Virus record (IMG/VR): IMGVR_UViG_3300038426_000075 | Coordinates: 24,039 to 88,038 of that record | From: a virus | Length of the DNA: 64,000 bases | Direction: 5' to 3' (one strand) | Shown: positions 28,552 through 37,888 of the stretch, piece by piece | How positions within the stretch are numbered: position 1 is the first letter of the stretch | Layout: each line of letters starts with the position of its first letter | The notes under the pieces: model-generated | Told to the model about the DNA's origin: nothing | What the model saw: the letters and a program-made list of their open reading frames with translations, nothing else | Database searches by the model: none | Program-made: the position numbers and the translations under genes

Positions 28552-30531
28552 TTAATCTTTCGTCCACGTTCCCATCTGATGATATGCTGCCCAGTGAGTA
28601 TCATCCACTCCAATTACACAGGCTGAGTCACCTGCTGCACCATTGGATTTGATCTTTCCACCAGTATTAGTAAGCACTCCATCTAAATCTATGAACTGTC
28701 CAGAAGTGGAAGTTTGGAAGGTAAGAACTTGACTAATTCCAGTATAGTTCCTAATGCAATACTGTAAACCCGCTGCTGCTGTTGGTAAGGTAAAAATTGA
28801 ATGAGCAGCACTATCTCCAATGTTCCAAAAGTAGGAGGCGTTCCCGTGAGTGGCGACCACAATCGCTGTAGCCGAATTTGCCGTGGAGGTTAGCGTACCT
28901 ACTGTCCCGTCCACCCTTCCCGTTGCCATGAGTGAGGTTCCCGTAGCGGCTCCAAGAGCAGGAGTCGTAAAGGATGGACTCACAAGAGGAGCATAGGCCC
29001 CAAGTTTCGTGCTAACCACACCTTCAGAAGGAATGACCGTAGTACTAGAGCCTAATGCCGTTGAAGGATTGAAGGTAAGACTACTAAGTGGAGAAATAAG
29101 GTTCCCATCTCCATCTGCCGCAGGAATCCCCCACATAAACATTGAATAATTTGTACTAATTGTTAAGGGCATTTGGAGCCAAAAATTAGTAGCAACAGTT
29201 CCAGAGGGGCCTGCAAATCCTGGGCCAGTGATATCCGTACTATTTGAGGCATAAAGTGTTATGAAACCATATTTTCCTGATACTTTCTTGGTGACAAAAC
29301 TCTTTCCTGTGAAGGTATAATTCCCGGCATCCCAATCGGCAGTCAAAGCTTGTGTGCCCGCCGCAACCAAAGGGTTAGTCAAAACTGGTTGCCAGACGCC
29401 TTCCGTACCAGCACAGACCACTGGCAAACCACTTGCATCTGAACAAATCGGTTTACTGGCTGTCACCCATTTCCAAGCTGGAATTGTACCCGACATGTAA
29501 AGACCAAAGGCGTTTGTACCTAAAGGAACAAGACCTACGAGATTGGTTCCGTTATAATAAAGAGTGTACCCCTTTGCAAAAGTTACTCCTGCAATGTCCG
29601 TGAGGAGAGCGTTGGATGCCTGTTTTCCCCCCAATCCAGTATCCACATAGGCCGTGGTCGCCAACGCTGTAGAACTGTTCCCTTGAGATTTGGTAGTGGC
29701 TGTGGTTCCATCTGGCAAGGCTGGTGTTCCAGAGAGATTGCCTGCTGTGCCTGAAATATTAGAATCCAGAAAGGCAATCGTTTTTCTTGCCGTGGCACTT
29801 GTGATCGTAAAATAGAGGGCGTCGGTCGTGAACTCAAAAGCCCCAGCCACAGGAGTATTAGCTACGGTCCCCGAAACCATCTTCCAAGGTATTGCTCCTG
29901 TCCCGCCAGTTGGCATGGTAAGGATGCCCGTAAAGGTAGGTGAGGCAAGTGGAGCATAACCACTAAGAGAGGGAATATCCGCAAACTTAGCAAGTTTTGT
30001 CTCGGCAGCATTTGAATCTTCAAAATATGGATAAGTGTCTGATTTGAAGTAAAGCCTGTATTTTGCACCCGTAGGAGCGGCAGGTTTAGAAATAATCCCA
30101 AAATCAAGGTAACCTGTAAGGGGAACAGAACCGTCTGCCTTAAAGTCACCGTATGATCCTGCTATCTGCCAAACCCCCTCTGTCCCTGCACACACTGCTG
30201 GCTCTCCGCTGGAGTCCGTACAGGCTGGTTTGGAAGCTGTAACTCCAACACCTTTTATATGAGTGCTATCAGTAAACACTCCCCATTGATGAATAGCTGG
30301 AGTACCAGAATGGATAAGATCACCAGTACCAGCTCCTCCTACTGCTACAGATACTGACCCATCGGTGTTATTGTTCAGCGTGCCATTGCTAAATTTTAGC
30401 TTCCACGGTACTGCCGAATGAGATCCGTCCTCTTCCTCAATGATCGGCCGCCCAGGAGCTGGAAGTGCCTGACCATGAACCTGTAAAGGCAAGAAAAGTA
30501 TAACCAAGAACAGTAGGATTAGTCTTTTCAT
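28552..30531 (-). CDS. Tail-fibre-like protein with N-terminal signal peptide
   Basis: MKRLILLFLVILFLPLQVHG/QA; fibre repeats YAPLASPTFTG, NSSTALATTAYV, APLVSPSFTTPALG; internal duplication VTASKPxCxDxSGxPxVCAGTEGVWQ. Confidence 0.7.
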   Translation of the reverse strand: MKRLILLFLVILFLPLQVHGQALPAPGRPIIEEEDGSHSAVPWKLKFSNGTLNNNTDGSVSVAVGGAGTGDLIHSGTPAIHQWGVFTDSTHIKGVGVTASKPACTDSSGEPAVCAGTEGVWQIAGSYGDFKADGSVPLTGYLDFGIISKPAAPTGAKYRLYFKSDTYPYFEDSNAAETKLAKFADIPSLSGYAPLASPTFTGILTMPTGGTGAIPWKMVSGTVANTPVAGAFEFTTDALYFTITSATARKTIAFLDSNISGTAGNLSGTPALPDGTTATTKSQGNSSTALATTAYVDTGLGGKQASNALLTDIAGVTFAKGYTLYYNGTNLVGLVPLGTNAFGLYMSGTIPAWKWVTASKPICSDASGLPVVCAGTEGVWQPVLTNPLVAAGTQALTADWDAGNYTFTGKSFVTKKVSGKYGFITLYASNSTDITGPGFAGPSGTVATNFWLQMPLTISTNYSMFMWGIPAADGDGNLISPLSSLTFNPSTALGSSTTVIPSEGVVSTKLGAYAPLVSPSFTTPALGAATGTSLMATGRVDGTVGTLTSTANSATAIVVATHGNASYFWNIGDSAAHSIFTLPTAAAGLQYCIRNYTGISQVLTFQTSTSGQFIDLDGVLTNTGGKIKSNGAAGDSACVIGVDDTHWAAYHQMGTWTKD

Positions 30532-30541
30532 ATTCTCCTCC

Positions 30542-30901
30542 CTACTCGTAATAATTCGCCTTGATCGTGGCGTCTACACTCCCAGACCTAATGGCTCTGA
30601 AGTTCCTGATCTTATCCGAACTGTCCAACCAGATCGGAGTCATTGCCGTGGCCGTAAACCCCGTAGTCGTATTGGCCACGAAGGTTATTGGATCGCAGCT
30701 CCAGAGGATTGAAGCGGTCTCAACCTGTAACTGAGCCGTTCGTGCCCTTCCATAAGTGGTTGAGATCAGGCTTACCACCGAGGTGCTGACCGTCACCTTT
30801 TCAGAGGCCACAAACCATGCGGCCATGGCGGAAGAGGCCAGAAGCACTACCAAAATCAGTATCAGCATTTCCCATTTTTTAAGTAATCTAAAGGTCTTCA
30901 T
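30542..30901 (-). CDS. Small secreted structural-like protein
   Basis: ...MLILILVVLLASSAMA/A; beta-rich body ending IKANYYE. Confidence 0.6.
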   Translation of the reverse strand: MKTFRLLKKWEMLILILVVLLASSAMAAWFVASEKVTVSTSVVSLISTTYGRARTAQLQVETASILWSCDPITFVANTTTGFTATAMTPIWLDSSDKIRNFRAIRSGSVDATIKANYYE

Positions 30902-30937
30902 TTTTCCCCTCCCTTGGAGTATATGATTTGTGGTATA

Positions 30938-31699
30938 TCACTTATAGTAAATTGTGACGTAAACCGTTCCCCCACCAACTGGGTAATAATTTGCAGTCAC
31001 ACCCGTGTCGTTCAAATTGGACGTGCCTTCTTGAAACCCTCCGGATACCGTTGACATTACGGTAACGTATCCCATATCTGCCGATGATGCCGGAAGAGCT
31101 GGGAGAGCTAAAATAGCAAGAGCTTCGGAGCCATAACCGGTCCCGTTGGCCGATCCTGGGGTTACCGTTATTGTTCCGCCAGCAACGATTGAAAATCTGT
31201 AAATGCCCCATTTGTTTTGAGGGATAGTACCCGCTGCCAGAGCTGTTCCGATCGGAACAGCGATTTTTGAATATCCCGTTCCTGCGATAGCGAAGGTAAA
31301 GGCACCGTTGGCTACATTCGTATGGGTTGATCCAAGGGCAAGGGCGGTGCCTGGTGCCGCAGAGAGGTTTACGGTGATAACGCACCCTTCAAAAATCGGA
31401 TATTCGGCCTCCGGATCATCGTGTTTTGAAATCCTCACCGGCGTTGGACTTACCTGGTTCGCTGCTAGGTTCGCCTTGTGAAAAGTCATATTGCCATTTT
31501 GATCAAAGGCTTGAAACTCGGCTGTAATTGGACTAATCCAGTTTGGAATCTCAATCAAGGTGGTCTCCGCATCCCCGGAAGATACAGAATAGTTTGGAGG
31601 CCCGACTCCTCCTTTAATAACAAAGCTCTTGGTTATATCGTTTGCCCCAAACACTAACGCCTGCCTTGGAATATCCCTAAATCTTTTATTGGCACCCAT
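30938..31699 (-). CDS. Hypothetical structural protein
   Basis: 253 aa Gly/Thr/Ala-rich beta protein. Confidence 0.55.
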   Translation of the reverse strand: MGANKRFRDIPRQALVFGANDITKSFVIKGGVGPPNYSVSSGDAETTLIEIPNWISPITAEFQAFDQNGNMTFHKANLAANQVSPTPVRISKHDDPEAEYPIFEGCVITVNLSAAPGTALALGSTHTNVANGAFTFAIAGTGYSKIAVPIGTALAAGTIPQNKWGIYRFSIVAGGTITVTPGSANGTGYGSEALAILALPALPASSADMGYVTVMSTVSGGFQEGTSNLNDTGVTANYYPVGGGTVYVTIYYK

Positions 31700-31710
31700 T
31701 TTTACCTCCT

Positions 31711-33129
31711 CTAAAAGTGAAAGTCGTCTCCCTTCATGGCGTTCACTTCTTTGATAATTTGAAGCACATCCGTCTCGAACTTTGCAGGAAACGAGCTATT
31801 GGACATCTCGATCTGGGAAGCGATCTTACCGGCCGCATCCACTGCGGCTTTCGGAGTCTTCCCGTGGCCCATGGCGGTCGCAACTACCTGATCGCCGGGA
31901 ACAAACCAATAGTCTCCCGCCTTCCTTACGATGCGCCTAAAGCCCATGTCTTTTCTTATTTCTTGAGGAAAGTGGATCACCTCCCATGATTTGATATCGT
32001 CGGTGTAAACGCCGACCTGTGTGACGTATCCAGGATCCACTTCGGCCCGAACGTCCTGACCGGCCGCAATCTTGTAGGTATATTCGGGATAATTCTTTAT
32101 GAATCTGGATTGGATCGCACCGCAGGGCCACGCATCACGAGAGGTTGGATCGTGGACTCTAACTTTCCTTCCGTCCCAAAAGAATTCGAAGCTGATATTC
32201 CCATGGTAACCAGACTTGATCAGGGAAGGCTTTACTTTGTTGAGAATATGCTCATCGATCCCATTTTCTTCCACCCAAACTCCGATGGTTCCCTCTCCTT
32301 TGACTTCTATCGTGTAGAGGAAGGGCCGGATATAATCCCTTCCATTGAAACCTACGTCAACACCCAATTCGAGGCCTGGACACGCACGCTGGATCAGGAT
32401 CTCCATGGTGGTAAGATATGGCCCAAAACCGGCCTGTGTAAGAGCCACGAGGGCCTGTGTTCGGGTCTTTACCCCCTTCCCCGTCTCTTTATTGCCTCGA
32501 TATTCGCCAACCTTCGGGAAGAAGAGCGTCTTTCCATCCTCGTTCTTTTCGATGTAATCAAGGCACTCATCCAAACCATGAACCACGACACCATCAGGGA
32601 CCCCCACACCCATCTCTTGGAGCCTCTGCCATCCCTTCACACGATTGTTTTCATTCTCTGCCCACCACGCAGAAGGTCCATAAACGTCTTTGCCTTCTCC
32701 ACGCCAGATATCGGCATCCTTGCCAAAGCAACAGTCGGTAATGACAACAAAATCCTTGGAGGCAGCCTCCATCATGCTATCCACCTTATGGAGTCCCTTA
32801 AACCCATCTCCTGAAATTTTGTTCTCAATGGACGGGTAGGCCGCCGCGCCGGCAATAAAATAATAGACTTCGAACTCCTTCATCAGTGCAAGGGCATGAT
32901 CAATACCCAGGTTCGTATCGATGAAGCCAACGGTCCGCGGCATCCCATGTTCTCGCTTAAGCATAGGAAGAGCTTTGGTCGCTTTTGCTGTCTGATAATT
33001 GGCGATTTCTGCATAGGAATATCCTTCTTTGTGCGCCTCTTCGACCTTAAAACCCGTAAATCCAGCGAGATAAAAAGCTATCTCCCGGTATGAATGACCC
33101 TCTTTTCTTTGGCCTTCAACATCGTACAT
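31711..33129 (-). CDS. ATP-grasp ligase (PurD/GARS-like) with N-terminal tandem tag
   Basis: VYGPS..AENENNR...GVGVP, FPKV..YRG..ET, LIQRACPGLELGVD..FNG, YHGNISFE, DPTSR; translationally coupled to portal. Confidence 0.75.
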   Translation of the reverse strand: MYDVEGQRKEGHSYREIAFYLAGFTGFKVEEAHKEGYSYAEIANYQTAKATKALPMLKREHGMPRTVGFIDTNLGIDHALALMKEFEVYYFIAGAAAYPSIENKISGDGFKGLHKVDSMMEAASKDFVVITDCCFGKDADIWRGEGKDVYGPSAWWAENENNRVKGWQRLQEMGVGVPDGVVVHGLDECLDYIEKNEDGKTLFFPKVGEYRGNKETGKGVKTRTQALVALTQAGFGPYLTTMEILIQRACPGLELGVDVGFNGRDYIRPFLYTIEVKGEGTIGVWVEENGIDEHILNKVKPSLIKSGYHGNISFEFFWDGRKVRVHDPTSRDAWPCGAIQSRFIKNYPEYTYKIAAGQDVRAEVDPGYVTQVGVYTDDIKSWEVIHFPQEIRKDMGFRRIVRKAGDYWFVPGDQVVATAMGHGKTPKAAVDAAGKIASQIEMSNSSFPAKFETDVLQIIKEVNAMKGDDFHF

Positions 33130-34937
33130 TATTGCCCCTCGAATGCGGAAAGAGGTCTACGCGTAGGCTCCCCTTCACCAGGGGCCAAAGCCCCAGGAAC
33201 CAAACCAGCCCCACCGACAGCCGGCGGAGGTGCTTGATCAATTGCCATTGCTTGGTCATCCGTCATAATGAAGTCCGGGTCATGAAACCCGAACGCATTA
33301 ACTTCGTGTTTCAGAAGCTTATACGGTTTAAAATACTTACCGAACGTAGAGCTTTCTGCCTGCTTAAGGAAGGCTTGATACATTTGAATAAGCTGACTAT
33401 TCTTGATTGCCGCAGATATCCCCATGATCTTAATATCGCAATTGGCCCTCAACATCTCCTTGCGTTGTTCGATGGACATCTGAGCGAACTTTTGAGCATT
33501 GGGATTGTTTCGCATAACACGGGAAATACTGGGATCTGAGTATTCGTTCCAGTTCAGGATCACTACTTCCAAGGCAGCTCTAATCGTATCGACCGCACCT
33601 TCTTCGATATCCTCACCTATTGAATCGAAGACTGTCATAGACTGACCGAGCAATATCTCAGCCTCTCCCTTTGTTTTCTGGCTTTTAGTTCCACGTTGAC
33701 CAGCTGCTAATTGAGTAAGCATTGAGGAAGCTTCCCGGCGCTGGTCCCAATGTTGAAGCGTGGCCAGCGTTTCGTTGCTTGAGGGACTCGTGTAGACCTC
33801 CTTGACTACCTGCTGGCCAGGCGGGACATCTGGGTTTATAAATACCGTCTTACCAGGAAACATGGCGACATCGGTAGGATCCTCGAGACTCATTCGTTTT
33901 ATCTCTCGAAGTTTATTGACCCGCCACGAGAGATCGTCAATATGGAGGCTCATCAAGTTGCAGCTGTTAAGCCACAGAAGAAGAGAGGTCTCGATAACGC
34001 CATGTCCCTCAAACGTAAATAAATCTGGAAGGGGAGAAAAAGATATGCCTGGCCATCTCATCGTAACGAAGGGGTTGGGTTCCGGATTCCGGATCAAAAC
34101 ATCTCCAGCCACGGTAAACCTGGCGTTATCGAGGAGGAGTTCTCCCGACTTATCCAAAATAACGCCCCAATGCTCAATCAGTCTCACGGCTTTCCTGAAG
34201 GTACTTCTTTGGTAATACTGACCTTTCCTGCGGGCCCGTCTTTCGGCAGTTTCCTGTCCCCAGTTTGCTTCACTGGCTGTGACCTCATCTAACCTTACGT
34301 ACCGTGGACCGAGCTTTTTAACCTTCCATAAATCAAGCCACTCCACATGATCCCAGTAATCTCCCGACTGTGGCTCCCGTGGCGTCGCATCCGGGTCACG
34401 ATAGATCTGCCATGGAGGGACGAGGGAAAACATCAATCCCTTTCCGGGGACCCATCGTGGAATTATCTCATGGGATTGACCGATCGCAAAGCCAAGTTCT
34501 GTTCCATCAGAAAACGCAGTATCTAAACGGGCGTGTTGAGGATTGAACCAAAACTCAGAAGCCTCTCTAAGGAAAGAGGCAATCCATTTTTCATTCTCAT
34601 CATCTGGATTTACCGCCTCGATTTTATACCAATCTGGCTGGCGAAGTGCTTTTCGGATAATCGCTACTCCCTGTTTAACCGTGGAGGTCATATCCCCAGT
34701 TGTCATCTTGGCCTGCCACTCTTCTTTTTCGGAATAATCAATATCTGCCTTGTAGGCCCTATAGCACTGATCCCAGAGATATCTGACTTCTATGTTGGCT
34801 TGCTCACTCTCGTTTATGCAGGAATGAGCAAAATCAACATAGGTATCGGGGTCCTCCTCACCATAAGCCGCTGCAGCTTCAGCCCTCTCCTCGAGTTCCT
34901 GATCGTCTATCCCTTGAAGCCCTTCGTCATTCGCCAT
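33129..34937 (-). CDS. Portal protein
   Basis: 602 aa between terminase and scaffold/capsid; VPPWQIYRDPDA, PNPF..RWP, PGKTV, KTKGEAEIL patterns of podophage portals. Confidence 0.85.
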   Translation of the reverse strand: MANDEGLQGIDDQELEERAEAAAAYGEEDPDTYVDFAHSCINESEQANIEVRYLWDQCYRAYKADIDYSEKEEWQAKMTTGDMTSTVKQGVAIIRKALRQPDWYKIEAVNPDDENEKWIASFLREASEFWFNPQHARLDTAFSDGTELGFAIGQSHEIIPRWVPGKGLMFSLVPPWQIYRDPDATPREPQSGDYWDHVEWLDLWKVKKLGPRYVRLDEVTASEANWGQETAERRARRKGQYYQRSTFRKAVRLIEHWGVILDKSGELLLDNARFTVAGDVLIRNPEPNPFVTMRWPGISFSPLPDLFTFEGHGVIETSLLLWLNSCNLMSLHIDDLSWRVNKLREIKRMSLEDPTDVAMFPGKTVFINPDVPPGQQVVKEVYTSPSSNETLATLQHWDQRREASSMLTQLAAGQRGTKSQKTKGEAEILLGQSMTVFDSIGEDIEEGAVDTIRAALEVVILNWNEYSDPSISRVMRNNPNAQKFAQMSIEQRKEMLRANCDIKIMGISAAIKNSQLIQMYQAFLKQAESSTFGKYFKPYKLLKHEVNAFGFHDPDFIMTDDQAMAIDQAPPPAVGGAGLVPGALAPGEGEPTRRPLSAFEGQ

Positions 34938-34947
34938 GAATTGTCCC

Positions 34948-34961
34948 TACGCATTTGCGTA
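34948..34961. promoter_or_regulatory. Operator-like palindrome TACGCATTTGCGTA
   Basis: Perfect copy 10 bp upstream of the portal start. Confidence 0.7.
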
Positions 34962-34964
34962 TGT

Positions 34965-35318
34965 TTAACTCCAAAGAAATTCACAGAGAGCCAACATACT
35001 TTGAACCGTTTCTTTTCTTTTTCGCTTTTTGATTTCTGGGGCAAACTGGAAACCTGAGAATCTTGCTCCAAAAGAAAAATAGACTTCTTTCGTTAGCCAA
35101 AGCGGTTTTTCACAACAAAAGCAAAGAGGAATAACCCCGCTCTGTGCCCCTCCCTCAATTTGACCATAGGCAGTTCCAATATCGTTTTCTTCTCCACAGT
35201 AAGGACAGACCTTAATTAATCCGAGTCTTAATATCTGGTCTTGCCTCTGGTAGCACTGAAGGCCAATATTCATAGATAAAAACCCTTTACTTGAACCAGA
35301 AACAAAAAAAGGGCACAA
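34965..35318 (-). CDS. Zinc-ribbon hypothetical protein
   Basis: CPYC...CFCC; start uncertain (probably MNIG at ~35273). Confidence 0.5.
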   Translation of the reverse strand: MCPFFVSGSSKGFLSMNIGLQCYQRQDQILRLGLIKVCPYCGEENDIGTAYGQIEGGAQSGVIPLCFCCEKPLWLTKEVYFSFGARFSGFQFAPEIKKRKRKETVQSMLALCEFLWS

Positions 35319-35343
35319 TGGTTTTTAAACCACGTGCCCCTTT
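35304..35343 (-). terminator. Terminator-like hairpin
   Basis: GGGCAC-GTGGTTTAAAAACCATT-GTGCCC-TTTTTTT on minus strand. Confidence 0.6.
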
Positions 35344-35377
35344 GTTCCCGAATACTATGTGAGAGTTAGGGATGGAC

Positions 35378-35587
35378 TTACGTCCTATGTCTATTTAAGG
35401 CTTTTCTTAACCCCCGCTTAACTCCCTCCAAGATGGTTAACGCATTGATGATCTCCTTTTTCTTTACCGTTACTACTTCCTCATGGATGTCCTCTGCTGG
35501 TGAATCACCCACATCATCTGATGGGCCTTTATACTTTGCTTTTACGCATTTGTCAAGCTTTTTTTTAGTTACGATAGGTTCTGGCAT
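35378..35587 (-). CDS. Hypothetical protein
   Basis: GGAGG RBS. Confidence 0.5.
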   Translation of the reverse strand: MPEPIVTKKKLDKCVKAKYKGPSDDVGDSPAEDIHEEVVTVKKKEIINALTILEGVKRGLRKALNRHRT

Positions 35588-35623
35588 TAAATCTGGCCTC
35601 CAATCTCAATAAATCTTACCTCT

Positions 35624-35830
35624 TTAATCCGATCTGCGAGTGATATCTTTGTGCCTTAACCTCCTTGCGAAGCGTTTTGCTTCAGGCTTCTCCACGGACT
35701 CAAGCATTTGGAAATTCTCAATGCTATTGGGACCAGTCCACCGAGTTCCATAATCGGTACAACGGAAAATCTCTTTGCCCTCCTCATTGAGTATGGTTGA
35801 GAACTTTCCGTAAACTATTTTCTTACTCAT
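35624..35830 (-). CDS. Hypothetical protein
   Basis: ORF track. Confidence 0.45.
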   Translation of the reverse strand: MSKKIVYGKFSTILNEEGKEIFRCTDYGTRWTGPNSIENFQMLESVEKPEAKRFARRLRHKDITRRSD

Positions 35831-35977
35831 CTTTCCTACCCCTCAACCTTCTCCCTTTGTAAGTTTTCCGGTCCCTTAACCGTCTCTCCCGCATTAATTT
35901 CGTGAATGTTTTGGCCTCGGAGAGGCAACGACCCACATACTTTTCAGTCTCTCTTTGATTAGACATTCTGCCTTACT

Positions 35978-36295
35978 CTAAATTAATCGTTCCTTAAACT
36001 TCCCACACCACCAGTCATCCATGGTTCCAGGGAAACAGCCCTGCACAAGCATTTGTACCTGCATTTCAACGCCCTTTCCAATAATCAATTGATTTGGGTC
36101 TACCTTTGGAACTTGGGTCGGGATCACAACCGCTTGTGGGGATCTTTCTCTACAATCTCCAAGCTTGTCTTGCTTTCTTACAAAAAATCTACAGTTACCA
36201 CATTTTACCTGTACCGCTACAGTTGGCTCAGCCATGCTCTTTCCCTCCTGCTTTATTAATTTTAAGTGTTTTCTCATCCTGGAATTTTTTCCCAT
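35978..36295 (-). CDS. Cys-motif hypothetical protein
   Basis: CGNCRFF...C...FP....WCGKF pattern. Confidence 0.55.
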   Translation of the reverse strand: MGKNSRMRKHLKLIKQEGKSMAEPTVAVQVKCGNCRFFVRKQDKLGDCRERSPQAVVIPTQVPKVDPNQLIIGKGVEMQVQMLVQGCFPGTMDDWWCGKFKERLI

Positions 36296-36530
36296 CTTTC
36301 TTATCCTCCCCCTTAATATAAGCTCCCCAAGGTGGACAGTCGGGATCGATCTTGATCACCATACCAGCAATTTCAAGAACAGCTTCGTGTTTCCTGTTAT
36401 CAATCTGGTTAACCTCATTTAAAAAAGATTCGTGGGCCGAGGGAGACATGTATATCCACTTGGGAGTAAGGTCCAAATCTTCCAGCTTTCGTTTCGCTGT
36501 TAGGATCGTGTCACGGATTGAGGCTGTCAC
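36228..36530 (-). CDS. Hypothetical protein
   Basis: ORF track. Confidence 0.45.
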   Translation of the reverse strand: MTASIRDTILTAKRKLEDLDLTPKWIYMSPSAHESFLNEVNQIDNRKHEAVLEIAGMVIKIDPDCPPWGAYIKGEDKKDGKKFQDEKTLKINKAGGKEHG

Positions 36531-36856
36531 CTTTACACCTTTGCCTTGAATGACTCAGCCAGACTGCGGATCATTGCCGCCCTCAGTTCGAGATTGGTAT
36601 CAACTGTGTTTTCCTTGGGCTCCGGCCATCCAATCCTGGGGGCGGTTTCATAGATCTCTTCGAGGGACCGCTGCCTCCTGCATAGACGACCAAATGAAAT
36701 GCCGAGTCCGAAGCTCATTTCTTCACCCTCCTCAAACTCCCATCCTCGGCCACATAATACTTCCGGCCGTTGAAATCAGTGTAAATTTCACCCGGGGGCA
36801 AGAACTTACATTTATCCCTGAAGTCCAGGGTGCAACCCTTCTCTCGGGGATCGTGG

Positions 36857-37111
36857 CTATGGGGATGGAATGGCTTCTCGTCCTTTGGTAGCATGGTCCT
36901 CCTCTGATTCCTTTTGGGCGATCCTCAGTATTTCTTCTTCGGCAATTCGCATAAATAGGTGAAATTTGGATTCGAAGTCATCTGCCGGCACTCTCATTTC
37001 AAAGCTATGTTCTATCTTCCCACCAACCTTGGCTTTAACAGAGCAACGTATGTGCTCTGCAGGAAATTCTTCCGGTCTGACTCTCACAATAATGTCATCA
37101 AGAATTCTCAT
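36857..37111 (-). CDS. Hypothetical protein
   Basis: AAGGAG RBS. Confidence 0.5.
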   Translation of the reverse strand: MRILDDIIVRVRPEEFPAEHIRCSVKAKVGGKIEHSFEMRVPADDFESKFHLFMRIAEEEILRIAQKESEEDHATKGREAIPSP

Positions 37112-37120
37112 TTCATCTCC

Positions 37121-37438
37121 TTATAGTAAAACGTTCGCCAAGCAGACCAGGATGCTAAGATGGATCGCCTGATCAAAGCCAATGAGGACAAAGAACCAAT
37201 GCATCTCTCCTTTTTGCCAGAGGCGTGCAGTTCCCAGGGAGGTAATTCCGTCCACAATGAGATGTGTCGCTCCAACGATGATTGCAAAGAGGACCCCACA
37301 CCACACAAAGCACAAGGCGTAGACCAGCGCATGGAGGCTCAGCCACTTGAGGCTCTTGCTTTTGTTCAGGGCCATGGCGTGACTCTGAAACAGTAGATCC
37401 CCTATGAAATGTGCCCAAATGAGTAAAAGAATAATCAT
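37121..37438 (-). CDS. DUF3307-like membrane protein
   Basis: HFIGDLLFQ...K...H...H..VD...GFDQAIH. Confidence 0.75.
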   Translation of the reverse strand: MIILLLIWAHFIGDLLFQSHAMALNKSKSLKWLSLHALVYALCFVWCGVLFAIIVGATHLIVDGITSLGTARLWQKGEMHWFFVLIGFDQAIHLSILVCLANVLL

Positions 37439-37698
37439 GTTTTGACCCCTGGCTCAAGCTTCCAGTCCCAAGTATATTCTTTCTTTCCATCTATTTCTCG
37501 AAGTGTTATTTCAGGTTTTACAACTGGAACCGACTCTCCGTCTCTCAACTTTGGAAAGTCTGGGCTACGGACCCAAACCCGGATAGTTGATGGTTTCTCC
37601 CAACCAGTTTGTGCTCCAATGATCTTACACCCCTTGGGGAGATGTAGGACCTCTTCAAGCATAAGTGTTGATATATCGAACATTACGGTGCGCACCAT
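37435..37698 (-). CDS. Hypothetical protein
   Basis: ORF track, coupled. Confidence 0.5.
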   Translation of the reverse strand: MVRTVMFDISTLMLEEVLHLPKGCKIIGAQTGWEKPSTIRVWVRSPDFPKLRDGESVPVVKPEITLREIDGKKEYTWDWKLEPGVKT

Positions 37699-37888
37699 CT
37701 AAAAAACCTTCCTTCTGGTATTTATGATATCTTCAAGCGTCCCGATCGGTGGACCGAGCCTTTCCAATACAAGATGATCGACAAAGTCCCGGAACTTGGG
37801 ATACCATCTACCGGGATGCAATTGACCTGCAAACTCCTTCTTGAATCGTTTAATAGTTTTACGCCTTTGCGTATGACTGTATGACAAA

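Noticed and set aside
31711-33129. purD as an auxiliary purine-biosynthesis gene
   Set aside because: Only the fold is recognisable; no purine context; gene symbol withheld
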